From Pseudomonadota bacterium (GTDB lineage Bacteria; Pseudomonadota; Gammaproteobacteria; Francisellales; CACEW01), in NCBI GenBank assembly GCA_021848625.1, contig JAJZUD010000001.1:3894-67893 (forward strand): a stretch of DNA of 64,000 nucleotides. The letters run 5' to 3'. A program made the translations under genes and the position numbers. The notes beneath the pieces were generated by a model, which was not told the DNA's origin, did no database searches, and saw only the letters and a list, made by a program, of their open reading frames with translations. Shown in pieces: positions 36,563 to 46,162 of this stretch (position 1 is the first letter of the stretch; each line of letters begins with the position of its first letter).

Positions 36563-37017
36563 GTGATTTCCTTGATCATCGCGGTTTTGCTGAGGCTCAA
36601 ACAGCGTTGTTGGTGAGGGCTTTTCATCTCAAAACGGCCATTGTAAACTAATTCGCCGCCGTTCATAAAGGCAAGATAGCGGGCATTGTTAAAGCTTGTC
36701 AATCTTTCAAGTTGGATTGAATCAGGTAAACTGACTTGTCGTAAGATTTGGCCGATCTCAGGCGGGTGCTCGCTCGTGAATAGGGTGAGGGGGCCTTGCC
36801 AGTTTACATCACAGTGTTCTGTATCCAAGCTCGCGCACAAATAGAGTGGTTGATCGCGCGTGATATTCAAACTGCGGGCCAGCATCACCTCGTTGCCAAA
36901 CAAGTCCAGTGCTTGTTTTAGGTTTTGATCTTCGCGCCAGTGAGCATAGCCAGAGACGCTGATTAAGGCTAGGCTTGCGGCGATGACAAGGCCAAGCATC
37001 CATTGCCAAATGGGCAT
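36535..37017 (-). CDS. GspH/FimT-like minor-pilin-fold protein without a prepilin leader
   Basis: MPIWQWMLGLVIAASLALISVSGY hydrophobic helix followed by ..LKQALDLFGNEVMLARSLNI..PLYLCAS...C..NW, as in FimT/GspH. There is an in-frame stop directly upstream of the ATG, so no leader or G-F-T-L-I-E is encoded. Confidence 0.3.
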   Translation of the reverse strand: MPIWQWMLGLVIAASLALISVSGYAHWREDQNLKQALDLFGNEVMLARSLNITRDQPLYLCASLDTEHCDVNWQGPLTLFTSEHPPEIGQILRQVSLPDSIQLERLTSFNNARYLAFMNGGELVYNGRFEMKSPHQQRCLSLSKTAMIKEITCPNQATAG

Positions 37018-37098
37018 TTAATTTTGCCTAAAATAAACGCAATTGTAAAAATTTTTGTAGGCTTTGTCAAAAAAATTGCACTTTTGTTAAAAATGGAC

Positions 37099-37127
37099 TT
37101 GCAACTTCTTTTTAAAACCGCTATGAT
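37099..37127 (+). promoter_or_regulatory. Sigma-70-type promoter candidate for rplM-rpsI
   Basis: TTGCAA (37099..37104), a 17-nt spacer, then TATGAT (37122..37127), 45 nt upstream of the rplM ATG. Confidence 0.5.
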
Positions 37128-37171
37128 GTCAGGCTCTTAATATTTTATGTTTTTTAAAGTAAGGTTGAATA

Positions 37172-37615
37172 ATGAAAACGATTAGTGCGAAAGCCCACGA
37201 AGTCAAACGTGATTGGTTTATTGTCGATGCAGCAGGGCAAACTTTAGGCCGTTTAGCCAGCCAAATTGCAACGCGTTTGCGGGGTAAACACAAAGCCATT
37301 TATACCCCTCACGTTGATACTGGAGATTACATTGTCGTCATTAATGCGGACAAAATCACCGTGACTGGCAACAAAGCGAAGGACAAAATGTACTATCGCC
37401 ACAGTGAGTTCCCAGGCGGGATCCGTGAAACCTCATTTGAAAAAATGATCGCACGCAAACCTACCGATGTTTTAGAGATTGCTGTCAAAGGCATGTTGCC
37501 TAAAAATCCGCTGGGACGTGAAATGTTTAGAAAGCTGAAAGTCTACGCGGGGGTGGATCATCCTCACGTGGCGCAACAGCCTCAAGTTTTAGATTTAACA
37601 CAAATTAGTCAATAG
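37172..37615 (+). CDS. rplM: 50S ribosomal protein L13
   Basis: [34 protein letters not shown]. Confidence 0.97.
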   Translation: MKTISAKAHEVKRDWFIVDAAGQTLGRLASQIATRLRGKHKAIYTPHVDTGDYIVVINADKITVTGNKAKDKMYYRHSEFPGGIRETSFEKMIARKPTDVLEIAVKGMLPKNPLGREMFRKLKVYAGVDHPHVAQQPQVLDLTQISQ

Positions 37616-37623
37616 GAATCAAC

Positions 37624-38016
37624 ATGGCAGTGACTCAAAATAACGGGACCGGGCGTCGTAAAACTTCAATCGCTCGCGTATACATTCAAAAAGGAAAAGG
37701 TCAAATTTTGGTGAATGGCCGGACGCTTGATGATTATTTCGGGCGTAAAACCTCCCGCATGATCGTGCGTCAACCTTTAGAATTATTGGATTTGTCCACA
37801 CAATTTGACATCAAAGTCACTGTTTGTGGTGGCGGGGTCAGTAGCCAAGCCGGTGCGATTCGGCATGGTATTACTCGGGCGTTGATTGAGCATGACTCTG
37901 GTTTGAAAGAAGCTTTACGTGCTGCTGGGTTTGTGACCCGTGATCCTCGTGAAGTTGAGCGTAAGAAAATCGGCTTGCACAAAGCCCGTAAACGTCCTCA
38001 GTTCTCTAAACGTTAA
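37624..38016 (+). CDS. rpsI: 30S ribosomal protein S9
   Basis: [12 protein letters not shown]...[19 protein letters not shown]...[11 protein letters not shown]. Confidence 0.97.
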   Translation: MAVTQNNGTGRRKTSIARVYIQKGKGQILVNGRTLDDYFGRKTSRMIVRQPLELLDLSTQFDIKVTVCGGGVSSQAGAIRHGITRALIEHDSGLKEALRAAGFVTRDPREVERKKIGLHKARKRPQFSKR

Positions 38017-38039
38017 TCATTTTTTCGAGGGGAAACACT

Positions 38040-38681
38040 ATGGCCTTTTTGGGAAGTCGCCGTGCGCTAATGACTTTGTATACCAATAAGCTTTGCCCTT
38101 CCTGTCATCGTGCACGCTTGGTTTTAGCGGAAAAAGGCATCAGTGCAGACATGGTGGAGGTTGATCCAAACCACCCTCAGGAAGATCTTTACGAGCTCAA
38201 TCCCTACGGCACTGTCCCTATGTTGGTAGACCGTGATTTGGTTCTGTATGAATCCAGTGTGATTTTAGAATATCTGGAAGAGCGGTTTCCTCATCCTCCC
38301 TTAATGCCAGTGTACCCTGTGTCACGGGCGCGTAGCCGCCTCATGATGTTGCGCATCGATCGTGACTGGTACTCTTTGGCGCAAAAAATCATTAAAGGAA
38401 ACGAAAACGACCAAAAGGCTGCACGTCGGGAATTATACGATAGCTTGCTCTCCGTGGCCCCGGTTTTTGCAGAAACGCCTTTTTTTCTGAGTGAGGAATT
38501 TAGCCTGGTCGACTGTAGTTTAGCGGCCTTGCTGTGGCGTTTGCCTGCTTTGGGGATTGAGTTGCCCAAAGTAGAAGCCAAGCCCATTATCGATTACGCT
38601 AATCGCTTGTTTAAACGCGAATCTTTTATTTCCAGCCTCTCTGATGCAGAGCGGGAAATGCGTCCACGGTATTACGCCTGA
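38040..38681 (+). CDS. sspA: Stringent starvation protein A (GST-like)
   Basis: [53 protein letters not shown]; conserved position after rpsI. Confidence 0.9.
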   Translation: MAFLGSRRALMTLYTNKLCPSCHRARLVLAEKGISADMVEVDPNHPQEDLYELNPYGTVPMLVDRDLVLYESSVILEYLEERFPHPPLMPVYPVSRARSRLMMLRIDRDWYSLAQKIIKGNENDQKAARRELYDSLLSVAPVFAETPFFLSEEFSLVDCSLAALLWRLPALGIELPKVEAKPIIDYANRLFKRESFISSLSDAEREMRPRYYA

Positions 38682-39103
38682 TGCGCTTGCGATTTCCTGT
38701 CTTAAAAGCCACCTATGAATGGTTGCTAGATGAAGGCTTGACGCCTTATTTCTTGATCAATGCTGAGTATCCGGAAGTGATGGTTCCGCAAGAGTTTGTT
38801 GAAGATGGACATATCGTTTTAGATGCTTCCATGGATGCCATTGATAAAATGCATTTTGATGAAAAAGGCATCAGCTTTAGTGCTAGTTTTGACGATTTTG
38901 GAGTCGCTGAAATATATTTCCCCATCGCAGCCATTGAAGCTTTATATGCTGAAGAAACGGAGCAGGGTCTTTTCACAACGGATCATCCCTCTGCGTTATT
39001 GCTGCAAGAAGGCGAAGGGGCTGAAGATCCTCCTTCTGAAAAGGGCCATCCCCAGTCACAACTCTCTAAACCGCACCGGCCCCATCTTAAGTTGGTGAAG
39101 TAA
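38681..39103 (+). CDS. sspB: ClpXP adaptor SspB
   Basis: VLKATYEWLLDEGLTPYFLINA..; acidic linker and C-terminal LKLVK tail. ATG overlaps the sspA stop. Confidence 0.85.
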   Translation: MRLRFPVLKATYEWLLDEGLTPYFLINAEYPEVMVPQEFVEDGHIVLDASMDAIDKMHFDEKGISFSASFDDFGVAEIYFPIAAIEALYAEETEQGLFTTDHPSALLLQEGEGAEDPPSEKGHPQSQLSKPHRPHLKLVK

Positions 39104-39148
39104 AACCAAGTTGGCATTGCGCTAAGCACTTGACAAAAAGCCATTCTT

Positions 39149-39185
39149 CCTTGAAAATTGGTATTGTGCATACCAAATTTCAAGG
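39149..39185. promoter_or_regulatory. 16-bp inverted repeat (15/16 matches, 5-nt spacer) just upstream of the second DUF4143 ATPase
   Basis: ccttgaaaattggtat tgtgc ataccaaatttcaagg. A TTGACA hexamer at 39130..39135 with gaaaat 17 nt downstream puts the left arm over a candidate -10 region. Confidence 0.5.
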
Positions 39186-39190
39186 TAAAT

Positions 39191-40336
39191 ATGCGGCGCC
39201 TCTCTTATCAACATGCAGTCAGTCAAGCTTTTAAGACCCATCCCATTGTCGCTATTTTAGGCCCTAGACAATGCGGAAAAACAACCATTGCTAAGCAATA
39301 TCAGCAGGAATATTCAGGCCCAAGCCATTATTTTGATCTTGAAAAGCCAACTGACATGGGGCGATTGACCAATCCCTACCTTTATTTAAGTGGCTTGGAA
39401 GGCTTGATTATTATTGATGAAATCCAGTTTCAGCCGCAGCTCTTTCCAATATTGCGTGTGTTAGCAGATGAAGCAGAGGAAAAAAGGCAATTTTTGATCT
39501 TGGGGAGTGCCTCGAGAGTGCTCATTGATAATGCGGCGGAAAGCTTAGCTGGGCGAGTGAATTATCTTGAGCTCACTCCGTTCTCTTTGGGGGAGGTGGG
39601 CGAAGAATGGTGTGATCGGCTCTGGTTGCGTGGAGGATTTCCGCGGAGTTTTTTGAGCCTGAATGATCAAAATAGCTTTACTTGGCTCGATGCGTATATC
39701 CGTTCTTTTTTAGAGCAGGATATTCCTAATTTAGGTATTCGTATTCCTGCTGCGGAGTTACGGCGCTTCTGGTTAATGTTAACGCATAATCATGCCCAGA
39801 TTTTTAATGCTTCTGATTTGGGGCGGTCGCTTGGGTTAAATCATAAAACCATTCGCCATTATCTGGATATTTTAACCGGTACCTTCATGATTCGTGAATT
39901 ACCCGCCTGGCACGAAAATATCAGTAAGCGCCAGGTTAAAAGTCCTAAAATCTATTTCCGTGACTCAGGTATTCTGCATGCTTTACTTGGGGTGCATTCA
40001 CTTGATTTATTGCATGCCCACATGAAATTGGGGGCATCTTGGGAGGGCTTTGCTTTGGAACAAGTTATTCATTTTGAGCATGCAAAATCAGAAGAGTGTT
40101 ATTTTTGGGCGACACACAGTGAAGCAGAATTGGATTTGCTTATTCTCAAGCAAGGCCAACGCTTGGGCTATGAGTTTAAATTTTCAGAAACTCCACAGCT
40201 GACCAAATCCATGCGCATTGCTTTAGATGACTTAAAGCTGGATGCGCTCACCATTGTCTATCCTGGCCCACATGATTATCCTCTCGATGAAAAAATCAAA
40301 GTACGTTCGTTGCAAGGATGGTCTAAAGCAAATTAG
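39191..40336 (+). CDS. AAA ATPase with DUF4143-type C-terminal domain, second copy
   Basis: GPRQCGKTT Walker A, IIIDEIQ Walker [17 protein letters not shown] wHTH-like region, C-terminal W..H..ELDLL. ATG 39191 is preferred over the TTG at 39158 listed in the track. Confidence 0.7.
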   Translation: MRRLSYQHAVSQAFKTHPIVAILGPRQCGKTTIAKQYQQEYSGPSHYFDLEKPTDMGRLTNPYLYLSGLEGLIIIDEIQFQPQLFPILRVLADEAEEKRQFLILGSASRVLIDNAAESLAGRVNYLELTPFSLGEVGEEWCDRLWLRGGFPRSFLSLNDQNSFTWLDAYIRSFLEQDIPNLGIRIPAAELRRFWLMLTHNHAQIFNASDLGRSLGLNHKTIRHYLDILTGTFMIRELPAWHENISKRQVKSPKIYFRDSGILHALLGVHSLDLLHAHMKLGASWEGFALEQVIHFEHAKSEECYFWATHSEAELDLLILKQGQRLGYEFKFSETPQLTKSMRIALDDLKLDALTIVYPGPHDYPLDEKIKVRSLQGWSKAN

Positions 40337-41318
40337 CCCGAGCTTGGACCAAAATATCCAAGGAGCGCGTTTGATCTTGCTGAAACTTCAGCGCACCCAC
40401 GAGTGCAATCATCGCACCATTGTCTGTGCAAAATTCTAGGCGAGGATAAAACACCTCAAACCCTTTTTCTTGGCTTAATTGCTGCAGCCTCTGACGCAAG
40501 CGTTGATTCGCACTCACTCCTCCTGAAATCACCAAGCGGGAAGAGGCGGTTTGCTCCAAGGCAGAAAGTGCTTTGTGGCAGAGCGTGTGGATCATCACTT
40601 CCTCAAAACTAGCGGCAATATCGGCCCGAGTGGCGTGATCTTTGGTCTCTCGTTCAATTAAGAGACGGGTCGCAGTTTTTAAGCCACTGAAGCTAAAATC
40701 TAGAGAATGCTTGTCCAGCAGCGGGAGGGGCAGTTTAAAACGAGGCGATCCTTGTGTCGCTAAATCAGCGAGATATTTACCGCCTGGATAGGGTAGGCCC
40801 ATGAGTTTGGCGGTTTTATCGAAAGCTTCTCCAGCGGCATCGTCTAGGGTTTCACCCAGTAATTGATATTCGCCAATATTTTTGACGGCATACAGCTGAG
40901 TGTGCCCACCTGAGACCAATAAGGCCACTAATGGAAATTGGGGTGCTGGATCTTCAAGAAAAGGAGCAAGTAAATGCCCTTCCATATGATGCACCGGGAT
41001 GGTGGGTAGGTTCCAAGTAAAGGCGAGGCTTTTGGCCAATGCAGCCCCAATCATCAGTGCGCCAATCAATCCAGGCGCGTAGGTATAGGCAATACCTTGT
41101 AATTCTTTAGGCTGAATCTGAGCCTCTTGTAGGCAGCGATCGATGAGAGGCAGAATTTTGCGAATATGGTCTCGAGAGGCCAACTCCGGCACTACGCCGC
41201 CATATTCAGCATGCAGTTGAATCTGACTGTAGAGTGTGTGCGCAAGCAGCCCGCGCTTCGTATCGTACAGTGCAATCCCTGTTTCATCGCAAGAACTCTC
41301 AATGCCGAGAATGATCAT
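40323..41318 (-). CDS. tsaD: tRNA N6-adenosine threonylcarbamoyltransferase TsaD
   Basis: [30 protein letters not shown]. Confidence 0.93.
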   Translation of the reverse strand: MIILGIESSCDETGIALYDTKRGLLAHTLYSQIQLHAEYGGVVPELASRDHIRKILPLIDRCLQEAQIQPKELQGIAYTYAPGLIGALMIGAALAKSLAFTWNLPTIPVHHMEGHLLAPFLEDPAPQFPLVALLVSGGHTQLYAVKNIGEYQLLGETLDDAAGEAFDKTAKLMGLPYPGGKYLADLATQGSPRFKLPLPLLDKHSLDFSFSGLKTATRLLIERETKDHATRADIAASFEEVMIHTLCHKALSALEQTASSRLVISGGVSANQRLRQRLQQLSQEKGFEVFYPRLEFCTDNGAMIALVGALKFQQDQTRSLDILVQARANLL

Positions 41319-41601
41319 GTGCTCTCCGTTGAGTAGGAAAAAAAAGCAGGGCTAGTAAAGCGATGATTCCTGAAACAGCATAAACAAAAGGGGCATAAAA
41401 TTGAAAGAGGGGATAAAACCAATCATGCGCTACGCCCGGTGCAATCAAAAATGAGTGCATAGCCGCGTGAATATTAACCGTATGATAAGGGTAATCGCCC
41501 GTCAAGGGCAAATAGTTCGGTGTAGAAAGAGGAGCCATCACAATAATGGCAATAGCTGTAAACAATAGCAGCAGACCCCAAAGATGCGACTCTTTCATCA
41601 A
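41299..41601 (-). CDS. Small hydrophobic protein (hypothetical; possibly an N-terminal remnant of a larger membrane protein)
   Basis: 100 aa with two or three hydrophobic helices. Ends 20 nt inside the tsaD start. No motif recognised. Confidence 0.25.
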   Translation of the reverse strand: MMKESHLWGLLLLFTAIAIIVMAPLSTPNYLPLTGDYPYHTVNIHAAMHSFLIAPGVAHDWFYPLFQFYAPFVYAVSGIIALLALLFFPTQRRAHDHSRH

Positions 41602-41713
41602 TTACGGAAAATTCACTTTTGAAAGGTCTAGTATAGTCAAAATCACCGATCCCTGTACACTTCTGTATTTCTAAAGCCAAAATCGCTAAAATCAAAAAAA
41701 AGAGGAGAGTTTT

Positions 41714-43153
41714 ATGATCGGAAAGAATGTCGGTAAATGTCCCTTAACCACGAGCAACGGTGCCCCCGTTGCGGAAGACCAAAACAGCATCAGCGCAGGA
41801 GAGCATGGGCCGCTTACCTTTGATAATTTTCGCTTGTTTGAAAAATTGGCTCACTTTAATCGTGAGCGTATTCCCGAGCGGGTTGTGCATGCGCGCGGTG
41901 CGGGTGCATATGGGCAGTTTACTTTGAAAGAGGATTTGTCTATCTACACGATGGCTGATTTTTTACAAGGAGTAGGCAAGCAAACCCCGGTTTTTATTCG
42001 CTTTTCGACTGTGGGTGGGGGGCAAGATTCCAGCGATTATGCGCGCGATCCACGCGGGTTTGCCATTAAATTCTATACTGAACAAGGCAATTTTGATTTG
42101 GTGGGCAACAATACCCCTGTGTTCTTTCTGCGTGATCCCAGTAAGTTTCCAGATTTTATTCACTCGCAGAAAAAACATCCCCAAAGCAATTTGCCCGATC
42201 CTGCAGCCATGTTTGAGTTTTGGGCCAATTCACCCCAGTCTTTTCATCAAATGACGATTTTAATGTCTGATCGAGGCATTCCAGCGTCATTTCGGCACAT
42301 GGATGGGTTTTCTTCCCATACTTTGAGTTTGTGGAATAAACAAGGCGAGCGCTTTTGGGTGAAATGGCATTTTAAGACTGAGCAAGGGATTAAAACGCTC
42401 ACCAACGAGCAAGCAGCCAAAAAACCGCCTTTTGGTGCGCAACAAGATTTGTTTGATGCCATTGAAAAAGGCGACTTTCCGCGTTGGCGTGTTTCCTTAC
42501 AAATTATGAGCGCTGAGCAAGCTAAAACCTATCACATCAACCCCTTTGATTTGACTAAAGTCTGGCCGCATGGTGACTTCCCGCTGACAGAAATCGGTGT
42601 GCTGGAATTAAATCGCAATGTCAGTAATTATTTTGCCGAAGTGGAGCAAGCTGCCTTTGCGCCGTCCAATTTGGTTCCTGGAGTCGGAATCTCTCCTGAT
42701 AAAATGCTACAGGCCCGCCTTTTGGCCTATCAAGATGCCCATCGTTATCGTCTTGGAGTGAATCATGCCCAGCTTCAAGTAAACGCACCGCGTTGCCCCG
42801 TGCATCATTATCAACGGGATGGTGCAATGGCGGTGGGAGGCACAGCGGAAGTGAATTTTTACCCCAATGATCGCACAGATCACGGTGCGCCAGCGCCTGT
42901 CCCTGCTATGGCAGAACCGCCTTTACCCTTGCTTGGAGAGGCGTGGGTGAAAGCCTATGATACGCAAGAGCAAGATAATTTTTCGCAAGCGGGGGCCCTG
43001 TTTCGGATCATGTCTGAGGATCAGAAAAATCAGTTGGCACATAATATTGCTACGGGGCTGCGGCATGCGAATGCTTCGATCCAGGAAAGAATGTTAAACC
43101 AATGCCGACAGGCGGATCCAGATTACGCATTTCGTGTTAAACAAGCTTTATGA
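41714..43153 (+). CDS. katA: Monofunctional haem catalase (small-subunit type)
   Basis: FNRERIPERVVHARGAGAYG, RFSTVGG, FAIKFYT..GN.DLVGNNTPVFF, RLLAYQDAHRYRLG; aagaggagag RBS. Confidence 0.93.
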   Translation: MIGKNVGKCPLTTSNGAPVAEDQNSISAGEHGPLTFDNFRLFEKLAHFNRERIPERVVHARGAGAYGQFTLKEDLSIYTMADFLQGVGKQTPVFIRFSTVGGGQDSSDYARDPRGFAIKFYTEQGNFDLVGNNTPVFFLRDPSKFPDFIHSQKKHPQSNLPDPAAMFEFWANSPQSFHQMTILMSDRGIPASFRHMDGFSSHTLSLWNKQGERFWVKWHFKTEQGIKTLTNEQAAKKPPFGAQQDLFDAIEKGDFPRWRVSLQIMSAEQAKTYHINPFDLTKVWPHGDFPLTEIGVLELNRNVSNYFAEVEQAAFAPSNLVPGVGISPDKMLQARLLAYQDAHRYRLGVNHAQLQVNAPRCPVHHYQRDGAMAVGGTAEVNFYPNDRTDHGAPAPVPAMAEPPLPLLGEAWVKAYDTQEQDNFSQAGALFRIMSEDQKNQLAHNIATGLRHANASIQERMLNQCRQADPDYAFRVKQAL

Positions 43154-43896
43154 AGATTACGATTGTTATCCCGACTTACAATGAAGCAGAGAGTCTCAAA
43201 CAGACCCTCCTTGATTTGGAAGCAGTGGTTGCAAAAGAGCTTTCCCATGAGGTGACGATTTTAATCTTTGATAGCCACTCTACTGACCAAACGGTTGAAG
43301 TAGTTCAAGCGATGCAGCAGGAGTTTGCAAATATCCATCTGCTCTGTGAGTCTCAAAAATCAGGACTGGGCAGTGCTTATTTGCAGGCTATGGCCTACGC
43401 ATGGGGTACGCTTCAAGCTGAGTTGATTTTTGAATTTGATGCCGATGGATCTCATCAGCCCCAATTTATCTTGCCAATGATTGAGGCCATCGAGCAAGGC
43501 CATGATGTTGCTCTAGGAAGCCGTTATGTGAAAGGAGGGCGAGTGCAAGTCGGGTGGCCTTGGTACCGGCGCTTGATTTCTCAAGGAGGGAACTATGTCG
43601 CTCGCGTTTTCCTAACGCCGCGCTATAAAGATTTTACCAGTGGCTTTCGCGCTACTCGTGCAGAATTTTTACAACGAGCACTGGCTGAAGGATTGCTTTC
43701 AAAGAACTATGCTTACAAAATCCATTTGCTCTGGCGCCTACATCAACTGCAAGCCAAAATCCTGGAAGTGCCGATTATCTTTATCGATCGCGAGGCAGGC
43801 TATAGCAAGTTTCCCAAAAACAATATCTTGGAGTCTTTGAAAGTAGTGCTGATTCTTCGTTTACAAGCCTGGGCAAAAAAATGCAGCTCAATCTAA
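43150..43896 (+). CDS. GT2 polyprenyl-phosphate glycosyltransferase (ArnC/DPM1-like)
   Basis: MKITIVIPTYNE, FDADGSH, GSRY..GG. ATGA overlap with the catalase stop. Confidence 0.8.
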   Translation: MKITIVIPTYNEAESLKQTLLDLEAVVAKELSHEVTILIFDSHSTDQTVEVVQAMQQEFANIHLLCESQKSGLGSAYLQAMAYAWGTLQAELIFEFDADGSHQPQFILPMIEAIEQGHDVALGSRYVKGGRVQVGWPWYRRLISQGGNYVARVFLTPRYKDFTSGFRATRAEFLQRALAEGLLSKNYAYKIHLLWRLHQLQAKILEVPIIFIDREAGYSKFPKNNILESLKVVLILRLQAWAKKCSSI

Positions 43897-45320
43897 AACA
43901 CGTCGCCGTGCTCTATTTTGCCTTTTTAGTGATCCTGGCCCCTTTTATTTTCCCTGATGGAGATAGCTTTTATTATTGGGAGTGGGGCAATCATTTAAGC
44001 CTCTCCTATCTGGATGGCCCGCCGATGATTGCCTATCTCATGCGCTTTTTCTGTCTGATTTTTGGCAATACCTTCTTTGCGATGAATATTGTGGGCATAT
44101 TTTGTGCCGCGGGGATCAGCTATTTTTTGTTTCAAATTGGGCGATTATTGCGCGATCGTGAAACGGGAATGCTCGCAGTCGCCTTGTGGTTATTTTTCCC
44201 CTTGGTGGCGCAGGCTTTATTTGTGCGCGTGACTTACGATGCGCCGGAGAGTCTTTTTTGGATCATGACGCTTTATGGAGCGGTACGCTATCTTGGCACT
44301 CGCCAAGTGCGTTTTTTATATTGGATGGGGACAACCGCAGGGCTATTGTTGTTGTCAAAATATACAGGGCTGATTGTTATTGCAGGGATCTTGATTTATT
44401 TTGCCAGTCAGCGCTCATTGAGAGCCGTCTTCAAAAATCCACATTTTTATGGAGCAATGTGCGTTGCAATTGTGATTGCGAGCCCTGTTTTGATTTGGAA
44501 TGCACAGCATCAGTGGGTTTCATTTGGCTTTCAGTTTGGTCAGCATGTCACCGCAAAGCCCATGCCTTTTGCAATGCATCTCTGGAACATTTTAGGGTTT
44601 TTATGGCGTTTATTGTATTGTTTAAATCTATTATTGATTTTGCCATTCTGGTTTTGGATGGTGCGTAAAAACTCGGTTTCAGGGCCGCAGATTCGGTATT
44701 TGCTGATCACCGTGAGTGCGACTTTTATCGGAGTGTGGCTGCTGGCCTCCTATTCTGCCCATGCCAAAGTCAATTACTTTCTGCCTTTGGTCTTGACCTT
44801 GGCTTTGCTGTTGGCAGATGACTTGCAGGGGGGTAAAGCGCGCCACTTAACCCGCGCTTTACTGGGAATTTTTGCCTGCATCAGCATCATCATGATTTTA
44901 AGTTGCGCCATTTGGTTTGCACCCCTGATTTCTTACGAATATCCGGTCTATTTATTGCAAAAACAACTTATCATCGAGGCGCAACGCCACGGTCAAACGG
45001 AGATCATCACCACAGGATGGAATTCTGTTCCACGCTTGGCGTTTATTGCCAAGCAGCTCAATTTACCTGAAGTCATTTTGCCGAGGCATCCTTGTGATTT
45101 AAATATTGATGGGACCTATCGTTATTTTTCTGGAACTCCCTTGCAATCTGGGCAAATTAAGCAGGCTTTGTACTTGAACGTGCGCTTTCCTTATCCCAAT
45201 TGCATCACGCCCTATTTTAAATCCTGTACTCCTTTACAAGGTATCGTGTATTTTAGAAGGCAAATCTTGACCCATCAGCCGGTCACAGTGACCACCTATT
45301 GGATGAGTTGCAAAGGCTAG
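43881..45320 (+). CDS. PMT_2/ArnT-family (GT39/GT83) membrane glycosyltransferase
   Basis: DGDSFYYWEWGNHLSLSYLDGPPMIAYL loop-1 motif, multi-TM, 479 aa. 16-nt overlap with the GT2 gene. Confidence 0.7.
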   Translation: MQLNLKHVAVLYFAFLVILAPFIFPDGDSFYYWEWGNHLSLSYLDGPPMIAYLMRFFCLIFGNTFFAMNIVGIFCAAGISYFLFQIGRLLRDRETGMLAVALWLFFPLVAQALFVRVTYDAPESLFWIMTLYGAVRYLGTRQVRFLYWMGTTAGLLLLSKYTGLIVIAGILIYFASQRSLRAVFKNPHFYGAMCVAIVIASPVLIWNAQHQWVSFGFQFGQHVTAKPMPFAMHLWNILGFLWRLLYCLNLLLILPFWFWMVRKNSVSGPQIRYLLITVSATFIGVWLLASYSAHAKVNYFLPLVLTLALLLADDLQGGKARHLTRALLGIFACISIIMILSCAIWFAPLISYEYPVYLLQKQLIIEAQRHGQTEIITTGWNSVPRLAFIAKQLNLPEVILPRHPCDLNIDGTYRYFSGTPLQSGQIKQALYLNVRFPYPNCITPYFKSCTPLQGIVYFRRQILTHQPVTVTTYWMSCKG

Positions 45321-45370
45321 CATCGGACAGATAAATGTGGCAGAATAGCCTAAAAAATCATGAGTTTTGC

Positions 45371-46162
45371 ATGTCCTACCTGGTTGATTCACACTGTCAT
45401 CTCGATTTGCTTGATTTGAGTCCCTTTGGCGGGTCTTTGGATCGGGCGATAGATACGGCAATCAAGGCTGAGGTCAAGAAGATGCTTTGTATTTCTGTGG
45501 ACATGGAAAAAATCCCCCAGATTATTAGGTTGGCAGAACAATACCCGATGGTTTATGCCAGTGTCGGGGTTCATCCCAGTGAGGACAAAGGTGAGGAAGT
45601 CGACCCAGCGCGGCTGCTTGAGTATGCCAAGCATCCCAAAGTGATTGCCATTGGGGAAACGGGCTTAGATTATTATTATGAATATACCGATCGGGCTTTG
45701 CAGCAACAACGGTTTGTTCAGCATATTGAAGTGGCAAAGCAGTGTCGCAAACCTTTGATTATCCATACTCGGCAAGCGCAAGAAGATACGCTGGCGATTT
45801 TGCGAACGCATCAGGTTGAGAGTGCGGTCTTTCATTGCTTTACCGAAGGGATAGATATGGCGCGGCAAGGCTTGGATTTGGGCCTTTATATTTCTTTTTC
45901 GGGAATTTTAACTTTTAAAAATGCCGAGGCTTTGCGGGAAGTCGCGCGCTTTGTGCCTTTAGAGCGCATTTTAGTGGAAACAGATTCCCCTTATCTCACG
46001 CCCGTGCCTTATCGTGGCAAACCGAATTATCCAGGTTACACACGTTTGGTGGCTGAATGTCTAGCGGACTTAAAGGGGTTAAGTTATCCTGAAGTGCGAG
46101 ATCAAACCACCCGAAATTTTCATCAATTATTCCAACTAGGAGAAGACCCATGCAGCTTATAA
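45371..46162 (+). CDS. tatD: TatD-family metal-dependent hydrolase/DNase
   Basis: MSYLVDSHCHLD (ATG 45371), IGETGLDYYY, IHTR, ETDSPYL. Confidence 0.85.
   Translation: MSYLVDSHCHLDLLDLSPFGGSLDRAIDTAIKAEVKKMLCISVDMEKIPQIIRLAEQYPMVYASVGVHPSEDKGEEVDPARLLEYAKHPKVIAIGETGLDYYYEYTDRALQQQRFVQHIEVAKQCRKPLIIHTRQAQEDTLAILRTHQVESAVFHCFTEGIDMARQGLDLGLYISFSGILTFKNAEALREVARFVPLERILVETDSPYLTPVPYRGKPNYPGYTRLVAECLADLKGLSYPEVRDQTTRNFHQLFQLGEDPCSL

Noticed and set aside
31067-40336. The two DUF4143 ATPase genes as inverted terminal copies of a composite mobile element carrying rpoD..sspB.
   Set aside because: The copies are highly divergent at protein level, so there is no DNA repeat. No transposase, integrase, tRNA target or direct repeats were seen, and the enclosed genes are core housekeeping genes.
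41602-41713. Possible OxyR/PerR/Fur operator upstream of katA.
   Set aside because: I could not identify a convincing palindrome or a known box by eye. Only a strong RBS (aagaggagag) is evident.
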